A stretch of 64,000 bases of DNA from Candidatus Methylomirabilota bacterium (GCA_026387775.1 JAPLLC010000106.1:2004-66003), one strand, 5' to 3'; shown: positions 26,277-36,230, counted from the stretch's first letter. The notes: a model not told the origin generated them from the sequence alone. Numbers and translations are program-made.

Positions 26277-27571
26277 GTCCGGTCGCGATCCTCTTCCTTA
26301 CTTTCTCCGTCCTGATCTGCACGGGGGCTCCCATCACCGTGGCGCTCGCCTTGTCCTCGCTGCTCGTGATGGTGCTGGACCCCAGCATCCCCATGTGGAT
26401 CGCCATCCAGCGGTCGTACAACGGCGTGGACAACTTCGTCCTGTTGGCGATCCCGTTCTTCATCCTCTCGGGCAGCATCATGAACGAGGGGGGAATCACG
26501 CAGCGCTTGATGAAGTTGGCCTTGGCGCTGGTAGGTCACATCAAGGGCGGCCTGGCCCACGTGACCATCGTGGTGGGGATGATCTTCGCCGGGATCTCCG
26601 GCTCCTCGACGGCCGAGGCGGCGGCCCTGAGCACGGTCTTCATCCCGCCGATGTGGGAACGCGGGTACCGCAAGAATTTCGCCGTGGCCATCACGGCCTG
26701 CGCCGCAAGCCTCGGGGTGATCATTCCCCCCAGCATCTTGGTGGTCGTGTACGCGGCCACGGCCAACATCTCGGTCGGCGCCCTGCTCATCGCCCAGGCC
26801 CTGCCCGGGGTGCTGATGGGGTTGTCGTTGATGGTCTTCTCCTACGGCATCTCGATCGTCTGCAACTATCCCCGCGAGTCGGAGCATTGGCTCGGCTTCC
26901 GCGCCCTCCTGGAAGGGGTGAAGGAGGCGATCCTGCCGGCCGGCGTCCCCATCATCATCATCGGCGGGATCACCATGGGGGTGTTCACGGCGACCGAGGC
27001 CGCCATCGTGGCCACGGTCTATGCCCTCTTCATCACCATGGTCGTGTATCGCTCGCTGTCGTTTGACAAGCTGGTCAAGGTGTTCGCCGATGCGGGACAC
27101 CTGACTGCCGTGATCCTGTTCTGTGTCGCGGCCGCCTCGATCTTCGGCTGGCTGCTGGCCTTCTACCGGGTCCCCGACACACTGACGAAGTGGTTCCTGC
27201 ACGTCAGCACCAGCCCGACGGTCTTCATCCTGCTGGTGATCGTGCTCTTCAGCATCCTGGGGACCTTCATGGATGCCATCCCGGCCATCATCGTCTTTAC
27301 CCCCATGCTGCTGCCCATCGCCAAGGCCCTGGGTGTCCACCCGGTACACATGGGGGCGATCGTGGTGATGACCATGGCCATGGGACTGCTCACGCTGCCG
27401 TACGGCCTCTGCGTCCTGATCGCCTGCGCGATCTCAAAGTTTCCGGTCTCGAAGGTTCTCGGCATCCTGTACTTCTTGATGATCCCCATCTTCATCATCA
27501 TCCTGGTCTGCGCGTTTTTCCCGTCCGTCGTCCTGATCGTTCCGCGGATTCTTGTCCCCAGGTGGGTGTAA
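26273..27571 (+). CDS. TRAP large permease (DctM), system 2
   Basis: 432 aa polytopic protein with FILSGSIMNEGGIT and IFAGISGSSTAE motifs. Confidence 0.9.
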   Translation: MSPVAILFLTFSVLICTGAPITVALALSSLLVMVLDPSIPMWIAIQRSYNGVDNFVLLAIPFFILSGSIMNEGGITQRLMKLALALVGHIKGGLAHVTIVVGMIFAGISGSSTAEAAALSTVFIPPMWERGYRKNFAVAITACAASLGVIIPPSILVVVYAATANISVGALLIAQALPGVLMGLSLMVFSYGISIVCNYPRESEHWLGFRALLEGVKEAILPAGVPIIIIGGITMGVFTATEAAIVATVYALFITMVVYRSLSFDKLVKVFADAGHLTAVILFCVAAASIFGWLLAFYRVPDTLTKWFLHVSTSPTVFILLVIVLFSILGTFMDAIPAIIVFTPMLLPIAKALGVHPVHMGAIVVMTMAMGLLTLPYGLCVLIACAISKFPVSKVLGILYFLMIPIFIIILVCAFFPSVVLIVPRILVPRWV

Positions 27572-27595
27572 GAGAAGTCGGAGGAGGAACAGAGC

Positions 27596-28294
27596 GTGGG
27601 TGCGCGCGAAACGGTTGATCGGGTCGTGACCGGCGGTGTCGTTGCCATTATCCGGCTCCCGTCGGCCGATGATCTCTTGCCGGCCGCGGAGGCCATCCGG
27701 GATGGCGGCGTGACCGCCATCGAATTCACGCTGACCACGCCGGGCGCCCTCCAGGCGCTGGGGTTGGCCAGGATAAAGCTCGGCCGTGGCATCCTGCTGG
27801 GCGTCGGCACGGTGCTCACCGCCGAGGCGGCGCGGGAGGCCATCCGGGGCGGGGCCGAGTTTCTGGTTGCGCCGAACTTCAACCCCGAGATGGTGCGGGC
27901 AGGTCGGGAGGCCGATGTCCCGGTGATCCCGGGGGCGCTGACCCCCACGGAGATCGTGCAGGCGTGGGAGGCGGGGGCGAGCATGGTGAAGCTGTTTCCA
28001 GCGAATGTGGTGGGACCCCGCTACGTCAAGGATCTTCAGGGACCGCTGCCCCACATCCCGCTCCTCCCGACGGGGGGCGTGTCGCTCGACAGCATCGCCG
28101 CCTTCATCCGGGCGGGCGCGGCCGCCGTCGGCGTAGGGGGCGAGATCGTGTCGGCCGAGCTGCTGGCCCGCCGGGCCTTCCCCGAGATCACCGCCCGCGC
28201 CCGCGCGTTCGTCGAAGCCGTGAAGGATGCCCGCGAGCGGCCAGTGCCGTCAGCGCCCCCGATTAAGCCGATCGAAGGGCCAGATACGCGATAA
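27596..28294 (+). CDS. eda: KDPG / 4-hydroxy-2-oxoglutarate aldolase (Eda family)
   Basis: VAIIRL...GVTAIEFTLTTPGA...VGTVLT...VKLFPA pattern. GGAGGAGG RBS and GTG start. Confidence 0.8.
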   Translation: MGARETVDRVVTGGVVAIIRLPSADDLLPAAEAIRDGGVTAIEFTLTTPGALQALGLARIKLGRGILLGVGTVLTAEAAREAIRGGAEFLVAPNFNPEMVRAGREADVPVIPGALTPTEIVQAWEAGASMVKLFPANVVGPRYVKDLQGPLPHIPLLPTGGVSLDSIAAFIRAGAAAVGVGGEIVSAELLARRAFPEITARARAFVEAVKDARERPVPSAPPIKPIEGPDTR

Positions 28295-28369
28295 TGACCA
28301 ATGGCCAATGACGAATGACCAATGGCGGTTCTCCAATTGGACATTGGGATTTGGTCATGGGTCATTTGG
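28293..28369. repeat. heptamer repeat hairpin (AATGRCS x5, then inverted GGTCAT-type units)
   Basis: Read directly. Starts inside the eda TAA stop. The forward and inverted halves can pair. Confidence 0.75.
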
Positions 28370-28382
28370 GGAGGATGCCTCG

Positions 28383-29132
28383 ATGAGTTCTTTGCGTGGG
28401 TTCATCGTGGGCGGGCTCGCCTGCGCCCTGCTACTCGCTCTCCCCCCCGGGGCCCCGGCGGCGGAGTCGCCGGAGACGGCCCGCCGGCAGGAGATCGAGA
28501 CGGTCGTCCGAGAGTATCTCCGGGCGCATCCCGAAGTGGTTGCGGAGGCGCTCCAGGAGATGGAGCGGCGCGAGCAAGAGGCCCAGCGGAAGCGGGCGGC
28601 CGAGGCGGTCCACGCCCATCTGGCCGAGCTGACGCAGGACCCCGGCAGCCCCGTCGGGGGGAACCCGCAGGGCGCGGTGACGATCGTGGAGTTCTTCGAC
28701 TACCAGTGCGGCTACTGCAAGGGCGAGGCGATCGAACTCAAGAAGCTCCTCCAGGCGGACCCGGACATCCGCCTTGTGTACAAGGATCTGCCGATCCTCG
28801 GCCCGGTCTCGACCTTCGCTGCGCGGGTAGCCTTGGCCGCCCGGCAGCAGGGAAAATACGAAGCCCTCCACGCCGCTCTGATGGCGGCGAGCGAGCGGCT
28901 GACCGAGCAGGGAGTTCTCCAGATCGCCGCCCAGGTCGGTCTCGACGCCGCCCGGATCGAGAAGGACATGGCAGACCCGGCCGTGGCGGAGACCCTGGCG
29001 CGAGGCCTCCGACTTGCGGAAGCGCTGGGCATCCGGGGCACGCCGGCCCTGATCGTCGGGATGGAGTTCGTCCCCGGGGCGGCGGACCTCGACGCCCTGA
29101 AGAGGCTCGTGGCGCAGGCGCGAAAGAAGTGA
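28383..29132 (+). CDS. DsbA-family thiol:disulfide oxidoreductase
   Basis: Signal peptide and FFDYQCGYCKG CxxC motif. Confidence 0.8.
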   Translation: MSSLRGFIVGGLACALLLALPPGAPAAESPETARRQEIETVVREYLRAHPEVVAEALQEMERREQEAQRKRAAEAVHAHLAELTQDPGSPVGGNPQGAVTIVEFFDYQCGYCKGEAIELKKLLQADPDIRLVYKDLPILGPVSTFAARVALAARQQGKYEALHAALMAASERLTEQGVLQIAAQVGLDAARIEKDMADPAVAETLARGLRLAEALGIRGTPALIVGMEFVPGAADLDALKRLVAQARKK

Positions 29133-29232
29133 TTCCGGCGACCCGCCCTTGATTTCCTACGAGAAGAGAGTCCAGTCAAACCGGGCGGCCTGACGACGAG
29201 GATACGCCCGACGCCCACCGCCACAGTGCCAG

Positions 29233-29375
29233 CAGGCTGCTCAAAAAGGTTCAGATGCAAGGCGGCTCGCGATGGGCGGGGTACCCACCGCAGGTGGGTC
29301 CAGGCGTACTTCAGGTACGCCGCAGCGAGCGCCCAAGCGTGCCAACGCAGCAGATGGGCCTTTTTCAGCAGCCTG
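29233..29375 (-). repeat. interspersed repeat family 1, copy C (inverted orientation)
   Basis: Its reverse complement aligns with copies A and B. It ends the nucleotide before the TGA (29376..29378 on the minus strand) of the CoA-transferase gene. Confidence 0.75.
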
Positions 29376-30635
29376 TCAGATCGCGCCGGAGGATTTGAGG
29401 GCGGCGATCTGGTCCGGGGAATAGCCCAGGAGGTCTTGTAGGACGACCTCGTTGGCCGCGCCCATGGGGAGGCCGGGGAAGCGGACCCGGCCGGGGGTCG
29501 CGGACATGCGGATGGAGGCCTGGGGGAGCGGGATGGTCTTCCCTGAAGCGGGATCGACGAGGGGGATGATGCTCCCCCGCGCCTGGTACTGCGGATCGCG
29601 CGCGATGTCCTCCATGTTGTAGACGGGGCCGATGGTCACGCCCGCCTTCTCGCACGCGTCCAGCACCTCGCAAAGCGGTCGCGCCAGGATCCAATCGCCG
29701 ATGAGGCGGTTCAGGAGATCCCGGCTTGCCTGTTGGATCCGCTCCTGGTAGTTCCGGAAGCCGGGCGCGGTCTTGAGCTCCGGGTGCTCCAGGAGGTCCA
29801 TGAGCCGCTCGAAGGGAGCCTGCGAGCTGGCCGAGAGGGCCACCCACTTCCCGTCCTGGGTCTGGTAGCTGTTCCGCGGACACGTAAAGTGGGTTTCGTT
29901 TCCGCAGGGCTGGGGAACGGCGCCCGAGAGGGCATAGGTCAGGAAGTCGGCCCCCATGAAGCCGAAGAGGGGTTCGTAGAGGGACAGGTCCAGCTCCTGC
30001 CCGCCGCGCTCGCCGCGCTTCTGGTCGCGCAGTGCGATCATCACGCCCAGCGCGAGGTGGGTGCCGGCGATCATGTCAGCCAGGGCCAGCGGTGGGTTGG
30101 TGGGCGGGCCGCCCGGGTGGGCGTTCATGTGAGTGAATCCGCTCATGGCTTCGGCCAGGGTGCCGAAGCCGGGTTTGGAGGCGGAGGGCCCAGTCTGGCC
30201 GTATCCCGAGATCCGGCCGATGATGAGACCCGGATTGAGTTCCAAGAGCTTGGGGGCGGGAAAGCCCAGCCGGTCGAGCGTCCCGGGGCGCATGTTCTCG
30301 ATCAGGACGTCTGACTGGGCCACGAGCTGGGCGAGGATCCGCTGCCCCTGGGGATGCTTGAGATTCAGCGTGATGGGGAGCTTATTCCGCGAGGCGAGGA
30401 GCCAGAAAGGTTGATGCCGCTCCTCGATCACCGCCCAGTAGCGGATGGCGTCGGGAGCGTTCGGAGGCTCGACCTTGAGGACCTCTGCGCCGTAGTCGCC
30501 GAGGATCGTGGCGGCGAACGGAGCGGCCACGACCGAGCCGAGGTCAAGAATCCGGATGTCGCGGAGCGGGAGCCGTGACTGCGCCGCCTCGCTCCGTCGG
30601 TCCCGGACGAAATCCGTCAGATCTGTTTCCGCCAT
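29376..30635 (-). CDS. family III CoA-transferase (CaiB/BaiF)
   Basis: IRILDLGSVVAAPFAATILGDYGAEVLKVEPP N-terminal signature. AAGGAG RBS lies before the ATG at 30635. Confidence 0.85.
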   Translation of the reverse strand: MAETDLTDFVRDRRSEAAQSRLPLRDIRILDLGSVVAAPFAATILGDYGAEVLKVEPPNAPDAIRYWAVIEERHQPFWLLASRNKLPITLNLKHPQGQRILAQLVAQSDVLIENMRPGTLDRLGFPAPKLLELNPGLIIGRISGYGQTGPSASKPGFGTLAEAMSGFTHMNAHPGGPPTNPPLALADMIAGTHLALGVMIALRDQKRGERGGQELDLSLYEPLFGFMGADFLTYALSGAVPQPCGNETHFTCPRNSYQTQDGKWVALSASSQAPFERLMDLLEHPELKTAPGFRNYQERIQQASRDLLNRLIGDWILARPLCEVLDACEKAGVTIGPVYNMEDIARDPQYQARGSIIPLVDPASGKTIPLPQASIRMSATPGRVRFPGLPMGAANEVVLQDLLGYSPDQIAALKSSGAI

Positions 30636-30660
30636 GAGCGCTCCTTGACCCTCTACGCCT

Positions 30661-31578
30661 TCAACCCGATCGAGCACACGCATCCGCCTTCCGCTTTTCG
30701 ACCGCGGCCATGGCCTCAGCGTACTCCAGGACCCGTCTCGCCCGCACATAGACCGGAGTGTCCACCATCGCGCCGCCGACGCTCACCGATGCCGTGCCGC
30801 GTCGCAGCCCCTCCTCGAAGGCCTCCGCAGCCTTGCGGGCGTATTCGACCTTCTCCGGCGGCGGCGAGAAGACCTGGTGCAGGATGGCGACCTGGTCCGG
30901 GTGGATGCAGGAGGCCCCCACGCACCCGAGATCCCGGGCCCCGGCTGCGGCCCGCTCGAAGGCTGGGAGGTTCCGGAACTCTCCGATACTTCCCAAGAGC
31001 CCCATGGGAGCGACTCCTGCCGCCTTGCAGACGATCACGACCTTCGAAAGGGGGTAGCGCAGCTCCGCCCCGTCCGCGGAGGGCCCGACCCCGATTTCCA
31101 GGCAGTAGTCCTCCGGGCCCAGGGCGATGGTGCGGCCCCTCGGGCTCGCGGCGGCGATGGCCCTCAGATTCAGCAAGCCGCGGGGGCTTTCGATGAGCAG
31201 CGCTAGCTCGATCCGCCCGGGGGCAAGGCCTCGGCTGCGCTCCAGGTTCGCGATCTGCGCCGCCAGCTCCTCGACCTCCTCGGCCGACTCAGTTTTCGGG
31301 AAACAGATACCATCCAGGCCGGGGTAAATCGACGCGTCCAGATCCTCGGCGAGGGTGGCGGGGTCGCGGTTGACCCGCACGAAGATCTCGGCGCCGCCGC
31401 GGGCGACAAGGGGGAGGGAGGCACGGACCAGCCGGCGGGCGGCGTCCTTCTCTTTCAGCGGGACCGCGTCCTCCAGGTCCAGCATGATCGCGTCTGCGCC
31501 GCGCAGATGCGCCTTCTCGACGAACCGCGGGATATTCACCGGCAGGATGAGCGTGGACCGCCTGACCAGAAGACTCAT
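30661..31578 (-). CDS. HpcH/HpaI aldolase / citrate lyase beta (CitE)-like acyl-CoA lyase
   Basis: RSTLILPVN.PRFVEKA...GADAIMLDLEDAV motif. Confidence 0.85.
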   Translation of the reverse strand: MSLLVRRSTLILPVNIPRFVEKAHLRGADAIMLDLEDAVPLKEKDAARRLVRASLPLVARGGAEIFVRVNRDPATLAEDLDASIYPGLDGICFPKTESAEEVEELAAQIANLERSRGLAPGRIELALLIESPRGLLNLRAIAAASPRGRTIALGPEDYCLEIGVGPSADGAELRYPLSKVVIVCKAAGVAPMGLLGSIGEFRNLPAFERAAAGARDLGCVGASCIHPDQVAILHQVFSPPPEKVEYARKAAEAFEEGLRRGTASVSVGGAMVDTPVYVRARRVLEYAEAMAAVEKRKADACARSG

Positions 31579-32081
31579 CTGTTCGCCCCCCGGACCCGAT
31601 TCCAGCTACACTGATTACCAAGAGGATAGTGTGGGAAAGCGAAGAGACGCTACCCGTGAGGATGGAGGGAAGTCAAGAGAAAACGCGACGGCCTCGGGCG
31701 CTGTGGCCACAGGAACACTTCTTTCTCCCGGCTCGAGCGCGTAGCGCGAAGACAGCTTGCGACTGGGCGAACTCCCCCCGTTCAGCCCATCGTCTTCCCC
31801 ATGTTCTCCTTGACACACCTACTGCCCGATGGTAGTTTCCGCCCCGTCCGGGATCCGCTGTCTCCTTCCCAACGGTTCAGCCGGTTCCTGGTTCTCCTAT
31901 CCCATCCACCGCAGATCGAGCCGAGACCCGGCCTGCGGGTGTCTGTCGGGTGAGCGATATGAGCGCATTCCCCTCGAATTCCCATCTGCCTTCCGATCCA
32001 TCAGAGTCCAACCACCGTTTCGTATGCCCGCGTTTTTGCTCATGCTCAAGTGATGTCCGAGGCACTTCAAGGGAGGGGGCT

Positions 32082-33095
32082 ATGTGGATGAAAAGTAAGG
32101 GATGGTTGGTCGCCTGGACACTCCTACTTGTCGCGGTCTGGTGTTCACCCGTCGCAGCGCAGACGGTCTTGAAGTTGGGAACGCAGTATTCCGTCAAGTC
32201 TCCCGCCGTGCAGGCCATGCAGAAATTCGCCGACTACGTCAAAGAGAAGACCGATGGGAAATATGTCGTGCGGATTTTTCCAGACGGGCAACTGGGTCCG
32301 GACCGGGAAATGCAGCAGGCGCTGAAAATGGGGACTCTGGACCTGCTGCACGCCACCAACAACGCCCCCACCCTGATGAAGGAAGGGAGAAACTTTGAGG
32401 CCACGGCCGCTCCCTACGTCTTCCGCACTCAGGAAGAATATCGAAAGTTTCTCCAGACTCCCATCCATCACGAAATGGCGGCCGCGCTGGAACCGGGCGG
32501 GAGCTATCTGGTGGGCTATGCGGGCGACCGGCCCGCACGCGCGTTGACCACCACCAACACCCCGGTCCGGGTGCCGGCGGACATGAAGGGGATGAAGATC
32601 CGGGTGCCGGGGATGAAAGCCATCATGGCCTTCTTCCAGGAAGTCGGGGCCAATCCCACCCCCATGCCGCTTACCGAGCTGTTCACTGCGCTCAAGACCG
32701 GAGTGGTGGTGGGGCAGGACAACGGGATCGATCAGGTCGAGGCCTCCGGCTTCTACGAGGTGCAAAAGTATTACATGAAGCTGGATCACGCCAGGGGCGT
32801 GTACATGCTTTATGCCGGCACGGCGAAATGGAAGAACTGGCCCGAGAGCTTGAAGAAGGTCCTGATCGATGGATGCAAGATGGCCGCCGACTTGGAAAAC
32901 CAGCTTCTGGCCGAATACGAGAAAGTCGCCTACAAGAGCTTGCAGCAGAACGGCATGACGATCCTCGATGTGGACCAGCGCTCCTTCGAGGAAATCGGGA
33001 AGAGGGTCTGGAAGAAGTTTGACGGCGACCTCTGGGAGAAAGGATATATGGACCGGGTGCAGGCCACGCTGGAGCAAATCAGGAAAACTCAATAA
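32082..33095 (+). CDS. TRAP substrate-binding protein (DctP family), system 3
   Basis: Signal peptide MWMKSKGWLVAWTLLLVAVWCSPVAAQ. GGGAGGGGG RBS. Confidence 0.9.
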   Translation: MWMKSKGWLVAWTLLLVAVWCSPVAAQTVLKLGTQYSVKSPAVQAMQKFADYVKEKTDGKYVVRIFPDGQLGPDREMQQALKMGTLDLLHATNNAPTLMKEGRNFEATAAPYVFRTQEEYRKFLQTPIHHEMAAALEPGGSYLVGYAGDRPARALTTTNTPVRVPADMKGMKIRVPGMKAIMAFFQEVGANPTPMPLTELFTALKTGVVVGQDNGIDQVEASGFYEVQKYYMKLDHARGVYMLYAGTAKWKNWPESLKKVLIDGCKMAADLENQLLAEYEKVAYKSLQQNGMTILDVDQRSFEEIGKRVWKKFDGDLWEKGYMDRVQATLEQIRKTQ

Positions 33096-33116
33096 CCCTT
33101 CAGGGGAGAGGCTTCC

Positions 33117-33596
33117 GTGACGTTCTGGAAGATCATGGATTGGGTCGTAGACTCTCTGGCGGCCGCGTGTCTCTTGGTCATGTCTTCCGTCTTGGCCCTG
33201 GAGGTCGTTTTTCGCTATGTCCTGAATCGGCCGTTGTCCTGGACCCTTGAAGTCTCGCTCTTCTGCTTCATCTGGCTGGTCTGGCTGGGCGCCATCGGGT
33301 CCATGCGCGAGGAGCGGCAGATCCGCATCGACTTCGCGGAGACGTACTCTCCAAATCAGGTCAAGAGGATCCTCCTGCCCGTGAACACGATCCTTTCGAT
33401 GGTGTTCCTGCTGTTTGTCATCTACTACGGTGTCCTGGTGACGGAATCCCAGATGAGCGCGGTATACGACATCCTGCCGTTCTCCCGGGCAATTCTCTAT
33501 GCCTCGGCTCCGGTCGGCGGGAGTCTGATGTTCCTGACCCTGGCGAGAGTCCTGGTTCGCCAGATTCGCCGATATTCCCCCGGCCAGAAGGCCTGA
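33117..33596 (+). CDS. TRAP small permease (DctQ), system 3
   Basis: 159 aa, four TM helices, GTG start. Confidence 0.8.
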   Translation: MTFWKIMDWVVDSLAAACLLVMSSVLALEVVFRYVLNRPLSWTLEVSLFCFIWLVWLGAIGSMREERQIRIDFAETYSPNQVKRILLPVNTILSMVFLLFVIYYGVLVTESQMSAVYDILPFSRAILYASAPVGGSLMFLTLARVLVRQIRRYSPGQKA

Positions 33597-33613
33597 GAGA
33601 AGGAAGCCGCCGC

Positions 33614-34897
33614 ATGGACTTGCTCATCCTTTTCGGAGGCCTGATGGTGCTGATGCTTCAAGGCGTTCCGATCAGCTTTTCCATGGGGATCTCCGGGGTA
33701 TTCTTCCTCCTGGTCACCGGCCAATCCGAGCTCTTGATCATGATTCCCAACCGCATGGTGATGGCCCTGGACAGTTATGGATTGATGGCCATCCCGTTCT
33801 TCTATCTCGCCGGATCCTTGATGTTGATCGGAGGACTCACGCTGCGGTTGGTGGCGTTCTCCCGGGCGATGATCGGCCATGTGACCGGGGGGCTCTCTCT
33901 GGTGAACGTCATCGCCAGCATGGTTTTTGCCGGGGTGTCGGGGTCCTGTGTCGCGGACGCCTCCGCCATCGGCAGTGTCCTCATCCCGGCCATGAAGAAG
34001 GACCGATATCCGGCGGATTTCTCGGCCGCCGTCACCGCATCGGCGGCAACATGCGGCCACATCATACCTCCCAGCATCCCCATGGTGTTGATCGGTGTCA
34101 TGCAGGAGCTGCCGATCGGAAAACTCTTTCTGGCCGGGGCGATCCCCGGCATCCTGCTGGGGTTTTCCCTCATGGGGACGGCCTATATCATCAGCCGCCG
34201 GCGAGACTATCCAAGAGAGGAGCGGCGCTCCACTCTTCGGGAGATGGGCCGCGCCTTCCTGGATGGATTCCTGACCTTGCTCATGCCGGGTATTGTGGTG
34301 GGAGGCATCGTCTTCGGCGTGGTCACCATCACGGAGACGGGTGTCCTGGCCTGTGTCTATGCCCTGATCCTCGGGTTCATCTATCGGGAGATAAGCCTTG
34401 AGAAGTTCTTGGCCATGGCCAAAGAGACGGCCAGGGGAGTCTCAAACCTTCTGATGATCTTGTCTGCCGCCGGCTTCTTCGGCTATGTGGTCATGAACAC
34501 AGGAGTCGGCGACCAACTCGTTGCGTTGATTCTCTCCATCAGCACCAACAAGTGGATGGTCCTCAGCATGCTGGTGGTCTTCCTCTTGATCATCGGCTGC
34601 GGGCTGGACGTGCTGGCGATTATCTTTATCTTCGTTCCCGTCTTGTACCCTCTCACCCACAAGGTAGGAATTGACCCGTATCACTTCTCGGCGGTTTTTG
34701 TCCTCTCCCTGGGAATTGCCCTCCTGACTCCCCCCGTGGGGGTCTTGCTCTATCTGGCTTCAGACATGGCCGAAGCGCCTTTGATCGGCGTGATCAAAGA
34801 ACTGGTTCCATTCCTCCTGGTGGAGATTGCCGTCATGCTGCTGGTGACGTATGTTCCCATCCTGTCTACCTGGCTTCCCGGTCTCATGTCGAAGTAG
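33614..34897 (+). CDS. TRAP large permease (DctM), system 3
   Basis: 427 aa polytopic protein with FYLAGSLM and VFAGVSGSCVADA motifs. Confidence 0.9.
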   Translation: MDLLILFGGLMVLMLQGVPISFSMGISGVFFLLVTGQSELLIMIPNRMVMALDSYGLMAIPFFYLAGSLMLIGGLTLRLVAFSRAMIGHVTGGLSLVNVIASMVFAGVSGSCVADASAIGSVLIPAMKKDRYPADFSAAVTASAATCGHIIPPSIPMVLIGVMQELPIGKLFLAGAIPGILLGFSLMGTAYIISRRRDYPREERRSTLREMGRAFLDGFLTLLMPGIVVGGIVFGVVTITETGVLACVYALILGFIYREISLEKFLAMAKETARGVSNLLMILSAAGFFGYVVMNTGVGDQLVALILSISTNKWMVLSMLVVFLLIIGCGLDVLAIIFIFVPVLYPLTHKVGIDPYHFSAVFVLSLGIALLTPPVGVLLYLASDMAEAPLIGVIKELVPFLLVEIAVMLLVTYVPILSTWLPGLMSK

Positions 34898-35113
34898 AGC
34901 CCGGGAAGCTGTCACGCAGTCTGTCTCCAACGCTTCGGCCGCTGGACTTCCACTCCGGCCTCTCCCTGGCCATCAAGATCCTTTCGAGTATTCTCGGTCC
35001 CTCGCGCGACCCGGAAGAGGGCACTTCCCGGTTGACACGACGCAAGCCCTTCGATAGGCTGCCGCACGAGCCTGCGTGCGTCTGTCCGGTGTTCCCGGGA
35101 GTGTCGCTCCGCC

Positions 35114-36151
35114 ATGCCCCCTCCCACGCAGATTCGACCTATGAGCAGAGACAATCAACAGGAAGAGCAGCGGGTGGACTACCGGATCGTCGCAACGCTC
35201 GGGCCGAGCAGTGATACCGAAACGACATGGGGGGCCATGCTCGCGGCCGGAGTGACTGCGTTCCGTCTGAACACCTCGCACCTGTCCTTGCCGGAGCTGT
35301 GTGCGTGGATCGACCGGCTCGGCGCCGTCCTCTCGGCGCGGGATCCGCGGCCGCCGCTGATCCTGGACCTGCAGGGCAGCAAGTGGCGTCTGGGCCGGTT
35401 CCCCGCCTGCGAGCTCACCTGCGGACAGCGGGTGGCGCTGGTGTGTGCGGCGTCGGCCGACGGCCCGCACGTGTTGCCGGTTCCGCACCCGGACTTCTTC
35501 CGAGCCGCTTCCGTGTCCAGCGGCGAGATCGTGCTCAACGATGCCAAGATTCGTCTTGTGCTCGAATCGCAGGACGCGGACGCGCTATCCGCTCGCGTGA
35601 CCCAGGGCGGGGCGATCAGCCCTCGGAAGGGGATCACATACACCGCTTCCACGTACCGCCAGGAGTCGTTGAGCGAGACGGATCGACTGATCCTGCTCCA
35701 GACGCGGAGTCTCGCGGGTATCCGCTACGCCCTGTCGTACGTCAAGGATGGCGCCGAGATGGCCGCCTATCGGGTGCAGATCGGGGCGTCGGCTTCCCTG
35801 ATCGCCAAGCTTGAGCGGCAGTCCGCGGTGGACGAGGCGGCGCAGATCGCGGCGGCCGCGGATGAGCTGTGGCTGTGCCGGGGGGACCTCGGCGCCGAGC
35901 TGGGGGCAAAGGCGATGGCCGCCGCCGCCTACCGGTTCTCGGACCGCGTGCGTGGCATGCCGGTGCCGGTGCTCCTGGCGGGGCAGATCTTCGAACACAT
36001 GGTCGAGCATCCCACCCCCACCCGGTCGGAAGTGTGCATGCTGTACGAGGCGTTGATGAGGGGCTATGGCGGGGTTGTGCTGTCGGACGAGACGGCCATC
36101 GGCCGCGACCCCGTCGAGAGCTGCAAGATTGCGGCCCTATTCCGAACCTGA
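35114..36151 (+). CDS. pyruvate kinase-like barrel protein (short, no C-terminal regulatory domain)
   Basis: IVATLGPSS...AGVTAFRLNTSH resembles the pyruvate kinase N-terminus, and VVLSDETAIG resembles its active-site region. An alternative start is at 35141. Confidence 0.55.
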   Translation: MPPPTQIRPMSRDNQQEEQRVDYRIVATLGPSSDTETTWGAMLAAGVTAFRLNTSHLSLPELCAWIDRLGAVLSARDPRPPLILDLQGSKWRLGRFPACELTCGQRVALVCAASADGPHVLPVPHPDFFRAASVSSGEIVLNDAKIRLVLESQDADALSARVTQGGAISPRKGITYTASTYRQESLSETDRLILLQTRSLAGIRYALSYVKDGAEMAAYRVQIGASASLIAKLERQSAVDEAAQIAAAADELWLCRGDLGAELGAKAMAAAAYRFSDRVRGMPVPVLLAGQIFEHMVEHPTPTRSEVCMLYEALMRGYGGVVLSDETAIGRDPVESCKIAALFRT

Positions 36152-36230
36152 GCGCGCCCGCGAGATACCGGGCGGCGCGTTCCCCGGCGGCAAACCCCGG
36201 GGGAGAAACCAAAGACAAGGAGACCGCGAG

